DNA of 63,094 nucleotides, filler included, from Lenisia limosa (lineage: Eukaryota > Protista > Breviatea): assembly GCA_001655205.1 (NCBI GenBank). It is 10 parts of 10 records of this genome, joined end to end, with 100 filler letters (N's around TTAATTAATTAA, not from the genome) between each part and the next. Parts side by side here need not be neighbours in the genome. Positions count along the whole stretch, not along the records: positions 1 to 14,446 come from LPNZ01003660.1; 9 more parts are not named here. One strand, 5' to 3'. Of this stretch, positions 1 to 11,500 are shown in pieces (positions within the stretch are counted from its first letter, which is position 1; each line of letters begins with the position of its first letter). Below the pieces are notes generated by a model. That model was not told the origin of the DNA. It did not search any database and saw only the letters and a program-made list of their open reading frames with translations. The position numbers were made by a program, and so were the translations under genes.

Positions 1-110
1 AACTTATATATGATATATATAGTAACTTATATATGATATATATAGTAACTTATATATGATATATATAGTATCTTATATATGATATATATAGTATCTTATA
101 TATGATATAG
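1..110. repeat. AT-rich 23-bp tandem repeat (aacttatatatgatatatatagt) x~4.7
   Basis: Unit visible directly from base 1; later copies have gtatct instead of gtaact. Confidence 0.9.
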
Positions 111-551
111 TATATATTACTATAAAAAGACAAAAAACGGCCTGAATGTCGAAAAAAACAGTGGCAGTGTACGGTTTTCGTGTTTTCAATAGTGGCGGNN
201 NNNNNNNNNNNNNNNNNNNNNNNNNNNNNNNNNNNNNNNNNNNNNNNNNNNNNNNNNNNNNNNNNNNNNNNNNNNNNNNNNNNNNNNNNNNNNNNNNNNN
301 NNNNNNNNNNNNNNNNNNNTAGTGGCGAAGTATGGTGAAGTACAATATTCCAGGAGCGGAGGCCACTTGCTATAATGCAATAATTGAATAATTGGTCGCC
401 ATTTGTGCTTGTGCGTGTGATTGAGTGCAAATTGAGTGTGAGAGTTTTTATGAATAACAGGACCTCACCAGAAAACAAATAAAAATTGATCAACTATTCA
501 TAATTAACACCAAAAACATACCAATGATCGATTGACAATATAATACATAAT

Positions 552-1740
552 TCACATTCTGTCCTTATCAAAGGTTCCCCTTCCACGAGACGTCGCCACA
601 AAAGCCGGCTGCATGGTCAAACAGAATGGAATGTGTTGTCCCATAGGTGGATGAGAATCACGGAAAAGAGATATTGTAACAAGAAGCAGTTTTTTGCTAT
701 CACAGCATACTTTTGAGGCGCTGAGGGGCCTTGTTGAAGTTCTATACACCACGGGTACCGAAGAGTACGGCTCGGATGCCGCTAATGGTGCCACTGATCT
801 AAGCGGTGTCCCCCTGGAGGCCCGGAAGGGTGTACTTGAAACTAATACGTGAAATAGATCCCAAGCTACCTTAGAATCCAATTCAAAGCAACCTGTTCAA
901 AGCAGTCTGACCTCACACAACTATGAAGAATATTAGACCCCCCCACTTCTGGAAGCCTCATTATAGACCCCCCACTTCTGGAAGCCTCATTATAGACCCC
1001 CCACTTCTGGAAGCCTCATTATGTCGCCGATCCAGGCTCTTGGCTTCATTGACTGTTTCGTACGGAACTGAGGAGCGAATGGAGGGGTTCGGCTTTCGGT
1101 TCACAATGTAATCAACTTCATCAGGAGACTGCATGGTAAATGGAACCATGGTCTACGACAAAAAAAAAGGGGGGGGGGTGAATAAATCAGTAAAAGAACT
1201 GGGAAAGCCCCTCTTGGCACTTGTTGTCCTTAATTCAACAAAATAAAGGTTAAACTACCGCAAATTTTGAGGGTTTCCCACTTTCAAACTTCTCATCCTC
1301 GGTCGAGTTGCTTCCCTTCTTCGTAGAGGAGTCTTCTCACTCGCCACTTCCACTCGTACGTTGGAATTGGCTCGTGAGAAGGTCCTCTTACTCAGAAAGG
1401 AAAACAATTTGACCTTCGGTCTCGTTGTTTTCCTGAAAAAATCGAATAACCGTAATTCAGAGAAGTTAGCCTTGGTTACAATAAGCGATCTAACCTTGAA
1501 GGGTCCTTTGACTGTAGGTCTGTTTGAAAGTGGTTGGATCTGAAACGGGTTATCTCCATTTAACAACAATAATAGCATCGGGTCATGGACTTGGAAAGTG
1601 ATCTGTAGTCCTACATACCCGAGATGGGTTTGGTCGTTTTTGCTGTGCTCTATTGCGGCGCTGTGAGGCGACAAGAGCAGGGGCTGCGGTCTGGGGGTGT
1701 TAACAGAAAAGAAAATAGGAAAAGAGAGAAAGCTAAACAT
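552..1740 (-). CDS. Hypothetical spliced protein (multi-exon, start uncertain)
   Basis: Open exon-like blocks with GT/AG ends, e.g. cag|SPDEVDYIVNRKPNPSIRSSVPYETVNEAKSLDRRHNEASR|gtgggg (~1005-1125), plus ORF 552-881. No family recognised. Confidence 0.4.
935..1022 (-). repeat. 29-30 bp tandem repeat x3 straddling a putative splice donor
   Basis: agaccccccacttctggaagcctcattat starts at 935, 965 and 994. On the minus strand each unit reads ataatgaggcttccagaa|gtggggggtct. Confidence 0.9.
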
Positions 1741-2391
1741 GTAACGAGATTCCTATAAAGTCACGCTAAAGAATGGTGGTGTATGCAAAGCTATTTTTTT
1801 AGTAGGATTTTCGTACTCGGCATCGCATTTTTACGTTTTCCGCTGACGAGTTATAAAACGCCGCTTTTTGCTCAAAATCAGCAACTCCTGGTAAAGACTC
1901 TCTTTGTCGGATTTTGTCAAGGAGGCCTGAAAACAACCTCAGGTTGTCCTCATATGATCGCTATAACGGGAGGAGGGCAGTCCACGCCGCCGGATTTTCC
2001 TATTAGAGAAAACAACTGCTTTGCTCAACTAGTAAAAAAATGATATGTACTTCTAGTGTTGTAAAAATATTTAATTAATAACAAAGCTAGTTAAGGAGAG
2101 TTAAGGTTCATAGGGTGAAGGCAAATAAGAGTTTAAAAAATAAATAAATTATCTACTATATGCATATTGATATGCATACAATATATGATATATATTATAT
2201 AACTTCACTTTTTGGCTCGTCTAAGAAAATTTTTGGAGCTCTTTGACAAAATGCGACGCGGAGTGCGATGAAATCCTTTGTAGCATTTTTACCCCTCAAA
2301 AGTGCGACACGTCGGGTTTCTGAAAATCCGAAGAAAATAATCCGACGAGTAAAAAAATACTTTTTGCATAATCCACCTAATGAGCATAATA

Positions 2392-3583
2392 CTAGCAACT
2401 CACCTTCATCACAGTTTTGACACTACTGTCCAAGTCATCCTTGTTCATGACACCCTAAACAATTACGACAGCCATTGGGTTGGCAACTAACCGGGTTTGC
2501 TCTTGTGCCTATCAAATGATGATTGCGCAGGGACTGTCTCATGAACTGCTCTCTTTGTCGGTCGTCTTCCTCAGCCTAAAGTGTGACATGTTTTCTTGGA
2601 AGTGCTTAATGTTGTTTCGATAAGAACAAAAGAGACAAAATTACATTCAATATGGAGCTCAAAAAGAACAGTTTGCGATTGTAACCCTGCTCTCAGAAAG
2701 TGATGTCCTGTCATATATTACACATGTATGCCAATATCAAGTCGCAACCCACCTCTTCTCTCGCCGCTTGGGACTCGTAGTGCTCAGCTAGGATATCTCT
2801 CATTGCATTCCCCTGTTTCAATCAGAGGAAAGAAATAGTTCAGGGCCCATTTTACAATGTAAAAATCCAAATTCCCCAAGAGAAAAGTGAACCAATTTTA
2901 AATAAAGGACACTCTCAGAACCCATTTCTTACCATATTGTTCACAGAGCCCAGATAGGACTTTCTTCGGTAAAAGTCCATTTCATGCTTCCTTGCAAGGA
3001 AACCACGGAAGCTACAACATGAGATTAGGCCAATGAACAATAAAAAGAAAACCTCCCGCCTACACAGCCTGGATTTTGGTTGCCAGCTGATGGCGGCTTC
3101 GTTCTACTTGCTCAGCCAGCTGTCGTGACTTCTCCATTTCAGCCCTGTAGTGTTGGAACAGCACAAGTTTCTCAGCACTATCCAATACAAACCTTTTTCT
3201 TCCTTGTTCAGCCCTGTAGATTTTTTGTATCTGGACTGCCGAATTGCTAATTATGTTAGTAGCCTGATGCATGGTATGGAGGCTGGTTTCAAAGCAACAA
3301 AGCCTGCTTACTTCCACTCTTGTATCCTTGCCCTTGACTGGCACCCTCTGACAAAAGACTGTATTGTGATTGCTGCATTGTGCTCAGTTTCACGCGACTG
3401 TGAGGCTTGGCTGAACAAGGTAATTCCCAATGACAAGAAAATGACAAGGAGAGGGAAGCTGGCTGCCCCGTCTCTTTGAGATTCCCAAAAACAGAACCCC
3501 ACTAACTCAGCAATATTGAAAAAGTCGTCAATCAAGTCGGCGGTGAGGTCACGGGCAAACCAGAAAGAAGAACTGGTCGCCAT
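2392..3583 (-). CDS. SPATA17: SPATA17-like IQ-motif protein (cilia/flagella-associated family)
   Basis: After removing short introns (one with ctaac...ataattag), three IQ motifs read AAITIQSFVRGCQSRARI, SAVQIQKIYRAEQGRKRF and ATKIQAVFRGFLARK. They are followed by MDFYRRKSYL and HHLIGTRANPGV, the same order and spacing as I recall for SPATA17 (FNYYYLKEYL; HYLLSTKQIPGI). 3' end approximate. Confidence 0.65.
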
Positions 3584-4056
3584 GATCTCAAAAAGGCCCC
3601 CTCACAAGGGCCAAGAAAGGTGCAGTGATGTTTTCGCTATTCTATCTGTCTAAGTAATCTTCAACTCTGATTTCAGCGTAAAGCAGAGCGGAGAAGGGGA
3701 AAGCAAAGAACTAAGCTCAGAGTTTCTTGAGTTTCAAAACGTTTTGTCAAATTATCTCAGCCACAGCTAAATATAAAATATGACAAATTAATTCACGATG
3801 CGCAGATGGCGATTTTGCGGCATTTTTTTTTAAAAGCAGAAGATCTGTAAGATCATGCTCACCTCAGTTTTTCCAAAGTTTTTGTTGTTGCCAGGTTGTT
3901 GCGTTGCTCCTTTTCCAATTATCCAAAGCCGCTTACGCGCACAAAACGGTAAAAGAACTTATTTAAGAACAGCACATATCAATTATATCTATCACATATC
4001 ATATAGTATCACATATCGGGGAAGACGAGTTAGATTTCCCAAAGCCTTGTGTAATA

Positions 4057-5828
4057 ATGGTGAGTGGCAGTTTTCCTCTTTATGGTGCTTTGATTTTCTT
4101 ACCCTTAGGGGAACACGGCAAGTCAGCCGCAGCCCGATGACGGCCTTACCCAGCCTCGAGCCGAAGTTCCCATTGCTGTGGGGAATGTGTTATTGCTATT
4201 CTCGCACTGAAAGCCTTTTTTGACAATAATTTTGCATTTCTGACACGTATAGTCTTCCGGGCTGGTGAGGGTGTCAGAATCTAAGGCACCCCAGGAGAAC
4301 AACCCACATCAAGACCTTGAGCTGGAGATGCTGTACAAAATAACCGAGGTTTGAGGGGTATTAAAAAAAGTGGGCTTCTAACTTACCTTGTAATACAATA
4401 TTGTCATACTACCAACTTGGTCAACTCTCATTGAGGAACTAAAGTATTGAGTTGATTCAAGGCAATTGTTACTCCAATTTACATTCCTTCATCTTGCTGT
4501 CAATATTGGGCTGAGTGAAATAACAGCAATAATAGTGGGACATTCTTTATCACCGTCACACAAATACCCCCACCATCAGAAGCAAACATCAATATCCGGT
4601 TGAATGGAGAACTGTATCTACAACGTAGGAGTTTACTGTTCTTTTGTTGGAGTATCCTAAGTAAACTACCTACAAAGTATGATATGATTGATCATTTTTC
4701 ACCCGCTCCAGTTTAGCCCAACTCTTAACGTATCCCTCGAGCAGCGATGTAACGAGATCCTGTCATTGAGGGTATGCATGAACCGATGATGAGAATTTAG
4801 AGAAATATGAACCAACATTAGTGCCCTGAATATGACCGTTTAGGAGGACGGTATCCATTACGCTCCTTTGGACCCACGACCGCTTCTATCAATCCTCCAG
4901 GTATGCTTTTTTGCTTCACCCTTTCCAGGGATAATTTTCTAGGACATGCAAACAAACAGCAGGAGAGCATTACTTGCCATTTTGGGTATCCAAGTAGGTC
5001 TATAAATTCAAGAATGGCATACATAAGATGAAGACATTCCTCCTGTCAAATCACCGTGTTAGACTGGTCTGGGCAATCGTTATAAATCTGTTCAAAAGTC
5101 CCCACCACCTGCGTTGAGAGACATGGTACCCCGAACTAAGTTGACCGTTGATGGCAGTACTGTGTTCAGAAATGAAAGTGGGAGGGGGGACTGATGTGCT
5201 TGGAGGTGCAAGCAGGTTGTACCACTTTTAGGCAAATGAGTTGAATAATACATCTTTTGCAATCAAATTCCTTTATAAACGCGTTAGAATGGACAGTTCT
5301 TCACCGTTAATCACCCCATTAATGCTGAGTAGTGGACCTCCTTTCCAAACAAGTCAACGAGACGGTGGATTTAGTTCACGAAGTCCTACAGCTGGCTGTC
5401 AACGTCAGAGAAAAGTATAACAACGCCATAGGGCCTGATGAAACGTTTGTGGAAACCATCATTGTTTAACACAATTTTGGCAACATATTGTTGTTATTCT
5501 GTAGGCCTATGCCCGACCCAATATGGAAGCTTTCGGGACTCCCACTCAGGGCGCACTGTATATCAATGCAGGAGGCTTTGTCAAGAACAATGTCAAGTTC
5601 TGATAGTGGGTGGAGGGATAAGACATTGATTTTATTTCTTTTTGTCACTTTTAAGATCCAAACGAAGAGGAAGTTAAAGAGGAACCTCTTGAAGAAAACT
5701 TTGGCAAAGAAGAGGAAGAGGAAAAGAATGAAGAGGAAGAGGAGAAAGAAGAAGAGAAGGAAGAAGAAGCAGAGCCAATTGTTGAGGAATACAATCCTGA
5801 TGAAGATAATGACGAAGTAGCTGAATAG
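4057..5828 (+). CDS. Hypothetical protein with predicted N-myristoylation (MGNTAS) and very acidic C-terminus
   Basis: ATG 4057-4059, then a gtgagt...cttag intron, then GGG AAC ACG GCA AGT (GNTAS). Phase-consistent 3' exons give ...IGPDETPMPDPIWKLSG...SSDNPNEEEVKEEPLEENFGKEEEEEKNEEEEEK...EVAE*. Some middle exons are unresolved. Confidence 0.6.
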
Positions 5829-5890
5829 AGGTTGTTTCCATTAATTTGACGAACAGATGTATTCAATGTCCAATTTCCAAAAAGGGACAA

Positions 5891-8084
5891 TTACCAGTTC
5901 ATCATATGGTCACAAAAGCGATCACCAGGAATAACCAGAACGTCCTAAACGGTCAAAAGGGGCGACACCTTGAACAAACCTTGTAAGAATGTCTGAATGT
6001 AGCAATGGGACAAGGTTCATGGTCGGGGCATCCGGGAACAACAAAGGCTTCATTGTTGTAGTAGGAGTTTACAAAGAGGTCTGCAAGTCAGCTTCAATTC
6101 AAGAGTCTCAGCACCCACTTCCAGTTCTTCTGTCTTTGAGGATTTCAAGTACAATGTGACTTGCATAGGGGATCATTGATTTCGGGATATTGCTGAATGC
6201 ACTCATAAAAGACAGAAGCTTTGGAGTAAGTCAAAAGAGAAGCTGGGCTTACAGTGGAATCATGAGCGGACCAAAGAGCCATCTTCACATCAGTTCTACC
6301 CATCATGGTACTCTCAAGGGCATCATCAATTACCTGGATGGATGAAAAATTGTTGAATAAGAATGGGCTTAACCTATGAAGAGGCATGACAAGGGTGCGG
6401 CCAACCTTAACAGCTCTTCCAATAAAGGCTCTGGTGGTATTGCGGTCGGGATAAGTCAAGTAGTAGCTGTAGCGCCAGATGTAATCATCAATCATCTAGA
6501 GGGTGAAAAGACCAGCAAAGTACCAACAGCCTGAACATCGTTGTCGGTAAGGCCGGCAGGGATGGCCTTTCCATGGCAATGGTGGACGGATAAGCAGTCC
6601 ATGGCATTGTCCGGGCTGGGGGGTTAGGTGTCTCCCGAAAACAATCCTGAAAATAGGTATAAAGACAGGAACGTACCTGAAATTATAGTCGGTGTGGCCA
6701 AAAACGCCCTTGAGTTTGTTCTGTATTGGTCAAATAATGACGCACGCATAAGACAACCGAGGAATGGCCTACGTAAAGAGGGTTCATGTCTTCACGATGC
6801 ATGCGGAAGCCATGGGAGCGGACGGCGTCGGAAACCTTCTCCTTGACAATGTGGCATTGGCCAGGTTGGGGGACAAAAGGATCCGTCTTAGTAGTGAGAA
6901 GAATGAAGAAATGAGTTTACAACAAACTCATTGGCAAACCTGATGGTCGGTTGTTATGATGTTCACCTTCTCAAGACCTTCCTGCTCTGAAGTTGGGAAC
7001 TAAACTTATGAAACTCATCCCAAGGAGGATTTTAGACCCCCCCCCCCCCNNNNNNNNNNNNNNNNNNNNNNNNNNNNNNNNNNNNNNNNNNNNNNNNNNN
7101 NNNNNNNNNNNNNNNNNNNNNNNNNNNNNNNNNAGAGCGGCAGCAGAATCGAAAGTGCGCACGTAATCTGTACTGCAATAGTTAAACTGAAATTTCGTAT
7201 CATGTAAGCAGGACTCCAACTAGTCAGGCTTTTCTGGTCCATCAAAACAAGTATAAGTAGAAGGGCTCTCCCGAAGATACCTCCTGATGCGCATGTCGTT
7301 GTGGATGTCCTTCACCAATCCGTATTGATGAATGTATCTGGAGCCGAGGCCCTTTCCATTCTAAGGCATCACCATATTGAAACCTTTGTTCTTACCATGA
7401 TGTGTTGTTCGTAGCCCTTAGAAGTAAGCTGAGCAAGACGACAGTTGCCTGGGGTGGCATTGTCCCCTTCAGTGTACATTTGTCTGTTTGGTGAGGTGGA
7501 AACAAAATAAACCCGTCAATGGTGAAAGTAGACCCCCCACACACCTGAAGATTCTCTTGGGAGTCACCGAGGGCAGCGTGGGGGTGATATAGTTTGTCAT
7601 TCCAGAACAATCCCATCTAAAAAAAAGTTAACCTCAACAACCACCACCACTTGACTCACTCTGTGTCATAGTTCTCCCAACACGGCTCTTCCTTGTCATG
7701 TTGCCTATCACCATGCCTTATCAACACCTGATCAATGAGGCTCTGGATAGATCTCCTTTCAATATGAACACCATTCCACTCTAGCTCACATGAGACTGTA
7801 CAATATCATATCCGCCAGGGACATTTGGGAGGTCAACTGGGGGTGCCCCACAATATGGCGACAGTCCTATGAGTAAGAAGATGTCATGCTTCCAAAATAA
7901 GGGCAGGAAATACGTTCTGAGCATTGTTACGCGAATAGGGAAAACAAACAAAGATATACCCAAGCTCCTCATATCCCCTTGTTTAAGCAAAAGGAAGACC
8001 GAGCTGAAGACTCTCCTCCCGTTTTAGCTTACCATAGACAGTCTGTGCAATCAGAAACAGCCCAATAAGGTATGATGTCCACAT
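5891..8084 (-). CDS. Secreted/lysosomal histidine acid phosphatase (His_Phos_2 family)
   Basis: Signal-peptide-like MWTSYLIGLFLIAQTVYG; catalytic QVLIRHGDRQ (~7700-7735); GNCRLAQLTSKG motif; LWSAHDSTV (HD motif, ORF 6145-6495); C-terminal PGCPDHEPCPIATF. Confidence 0.92.
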
Positions 8085-8525
8085 CTTTTGTCCGTCCAGA
8101 GGTAGTCCGCAGGTACCTTCTTTCTCTTTGTTTTCCCTCTTTCTTACTCTCCTTACTCTCTCTCTTTCTCTCCAAGTCCCAAAACTTGAACCTGACTTGA
8201 ACTTGAACTGCTTGAACTTGAAACTTTGAAAAATGCATCTAAGAGATATATACACCCCATGATCAATATCTAGTAGAAAAATTAATATTCCTAAGAACCT
8301 GGGGTTCCGATACACATTTTGGGGGCATAATGCTATATTGGGTTATCTCAACCCCCAGTAAAAAATGCTGTTTTTTTCGCGCCGCTCTAAAACACCTCTC
8401 CTCCCTTCTTCTATCCTCTTTCATATACAATTGTGTTATGATAATATTGAATTGTTGAAATCATCTATTTATTTATGATGGCGATGGATAGTCCGTGATC
8501 ACTGAAGCCCATCCTACACAGCGCC

Positions 8526-11500
8526 ATGGGAATGAGGGCTATTCTGGTCAATGACCCTTTTGCCCTGCCACAGGGAAGAAGAGTGCTACGACCACAGCAC
8601 TATGAGACCGACAAGACACAACGAAAGACTCTCACCCAGACAGCTCCACGAAAGTTCGTTACAAAACCTCTCTTTTCATTTGTAATGATGAAATCAGAAA
8701 GAGAAAAACGGGGGTCATTTATTATAATTGATGACGTTTTTGATAGAAAATAGAGTTGTTTAAATGAGCTTTCATGAAGTAACCAGGAGCGGGTATTTAA
8801 ATTCGTTATATGTGACCATGCAGGGCGAGGCTACAGGAACACCCGATTGAAAGCCTTCCTTATATCAACCCTCTGGTGAGAACAGGGCTCCTCTTTGCTT
8901 ACCCCATAGCAAGTTCTTCATTGCTGACAATCAGGACTTGCCAAGACCCACGCCTCTGCAGCTGGCCACTTCCAGCCGCGGTCAGACGTCGTGGAGGCAG
9001 CCTGACTTATCGCAGGTAGGTGTGGTGTTAACTGTCACGTTGTAGCCCGACCCTCGGCAGCCACCACACAAGCGTCCCTCCAGTTTAAGGCATCAAAGGT
9101 GGGATGCGTGAGACTCTGATCGTTGATGTTTCTCAACGTTTGCATTGTATGATATGATAGCTACAGAACTAATGAAGTCACACTTTTTATTATCATTTTG
9201 TTTTCAGTTTTCAAACCAATCCTTATGTACATCTTTCATGTTGATATGTTCAAAATAGTATTGAACCGCAAAAAGTCATCTACATAGTCCCATGGGGTTT
9301 TCAGCCGGGCTTCCTGAGCCGTTGGCTCGGAGCACACATCGCGGGCCTATAAGGTTGGAAGGCATTTTATTCGGGTTTCGTTGATATAGTGCTCTTGTTT
9401 CAAATGTATCATTGCTGGAAGTGTGGGCTCCATGCTAGCCAGTAATTCAGCTGAGTTTCTCACACGAACAGGCCGGCTACCGCCCTTCCGCGTCAGGAAG
9501 CCTGCGCTACTGGGAAGGAAAACAGCATTTTCCTCTCAACAACTCCAAGAAGCGTGAGCTTTGGCTTCATCCTACAGGCGCATTCCCCCCCTTATCTTCC
9601 AGGAAATCGGCCCGCCCATCCCACCATCCTCCAGACCCCATAGGACAAAAATGGTACTTTGCCCCTCTCTTGTCCTCTGTTAACTCTTCAGAACAATAGG
9701 TCCCGGCCTAATCGTTCACTGGTCAAGTCAGCCGTGCCCCTTGCGTCTAAGGATTCTGGCGGTTAGGGGCATGTTTTTTTATCGTGCAACCATCCTCATT
9801 TCTACCCTATCCAATGCCAATTGATATTGTTATGTTTGATTCAACAGGCACTTAGTTATGTTTGACACAACAGGCATCTTCCCTCGACCGCCGTCGGTTT
9901 GGGCTGAACCTGACAGGGTTTCGTCAACTATCGTAGTAGGTACAAGTCCTTTTCTTTATTAAGGGATCAGCCAGATACTTCTTTTTGCTCATCTTCATGT
10001 ACACTGAACGTGGCATGTTTTTACCAATCAGATATCCCTTCAGGAAAAATAGTCAAGACCTATAAAATACTTGGATTGTTGTTACATAGACAGGCAATTA
10101 CAAAACCGCCGAAACCGAGCCGAAAGCCGAAGCAGCCAAGCCGACCCTCCACCAGCGGCACCCCAAGGGAACAATCCGTTTCGGCCGAAAAGGTTGGCCG
10201 ACAGCCTCATACATGGGATATGCATGTCTCACACGGTGCAGCTGATGAACTCTTCGGTGGAGTATACCCGGCGGTTATATCAGCGGACCCAACAGGAGGT
10301 CAACAGAATGGACACGTCGCTGGCCTTTTCAGGTGCCGGGATGGCGTCGTTCGTGTTTTACTTTGTCAAAGCCTGGCAGTTATTTATAATGTTCAGTGAG
10401 AGGCGGCACGCAGCCAGGCGTCATTTATGCTTCAACGCCGCTTAACACTAAAAAGGTGGGTACTGTTCGGACAAAGAGTCCATATATCCTTGTTTGCTCT
10501 AAGCTACTTTGGCTATTAACTGACCACCCAGTCACAACTGCTGCGAATTGCCGACCGCGCCGCCGGAGTCGTCAACCCTGCTGATGCACAACCAAGTGAT
10601 GGTGGGGACCTTGTTTTCTTTCTCATTCCTATATAATATAGCTATAACATACAGTATATTATATATTATGTATGTACAACATCCTAACATATCACAGTTC
10701 ATCATTATCATTGCTAACCCCGAAGCCGCGACATTGACAAGAACACAGTCTACAGCCGAATTGGCCGTTCAGCGCTTCGGTCAAGGCCACTTTAACTTAC
10801 ACAGGTGCGAGCGTTATACTGTTCACTTGAAGAAACAACTGCGTCGCCCCGACACAATTTGTCATAACATAATATCATATGCTATTATGACAGATATTAT
10901 ATTCACCCTCAAACAGTCTTCAATGTTCGCCTGTCACGTCGCCGGATGAAGTTGATATTGGCCCGTCCCTCAAAGAAGTGCACGAGGGCCTTGTCCGGGC
11001 TGGGTAAGTCCAACGACGAGAAGCGTAGTTAATTGTTCAGCATCATCCAGCGTCCCGGGGACCCAGACCCCCACGTCACAGCCATGTTGGAAAGGCTTAT
11101 GGATCTGTCGCCAGCATTCCGTGCCGGCGCTGCCCTCGCACTTGAGGAGGTAGGGCCTATGAACTGCGGTGATATTGTTTGCTAGGATACTTATCAATTA
11201 AAAAATTTGATAATCAATGTTCAAATAGTTTTTTTTTCAACGTCAAACAGTAACAGTGCACCGTGTAACTTTTAGATGGACGGTCGGCTGTTTAATGAGG
11301 TGGTAATTGAGGCGCTACGCGGCCGCCTCGACGACGTCAGTGCGGTAGTTCGCTTCCGGTCGGCTTCTGCACTCTTTCGACATGGCTTTCAAGAAACTGA
11401 GGTTGCCTTCAATACATGAATTCTACTCCGCTCTTTTTGTTCCGTTTCTGTTTTTTCTGTGTATTTTGATTTCTCTATGTTGGTTTATGTCCATTTAAAC

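Noticed and set aside
199-319. ORFs in the supplied track that span N runs
   Set aside because: They are open only because N translates as X; no coding evidence.
1790-2370. Possible TIR pair at 1790-1870 and 2300-2370
   Set aside because: Similarity is limited to A/T runs; no clean inverted alignment by eye.
3880-3920. RFX X-box in the divergent promoter of the SPATA17-like gene
   Set aside because: Only GTTGC half-sites, with no properly spaced palindromic partner.
5488-5820. Highly basic KKRKRKRMK ORF
   Set aside because: Off-frame reading of the Glu-rich terminal exon; splice phases support the acidic frame.
9490-9560. Homeobox-like GRKTAFSSQQLQEA
   Set aside because: Only a few residues match, it is followed by a stop or donor, and there is no helix-3 WFxN motif.
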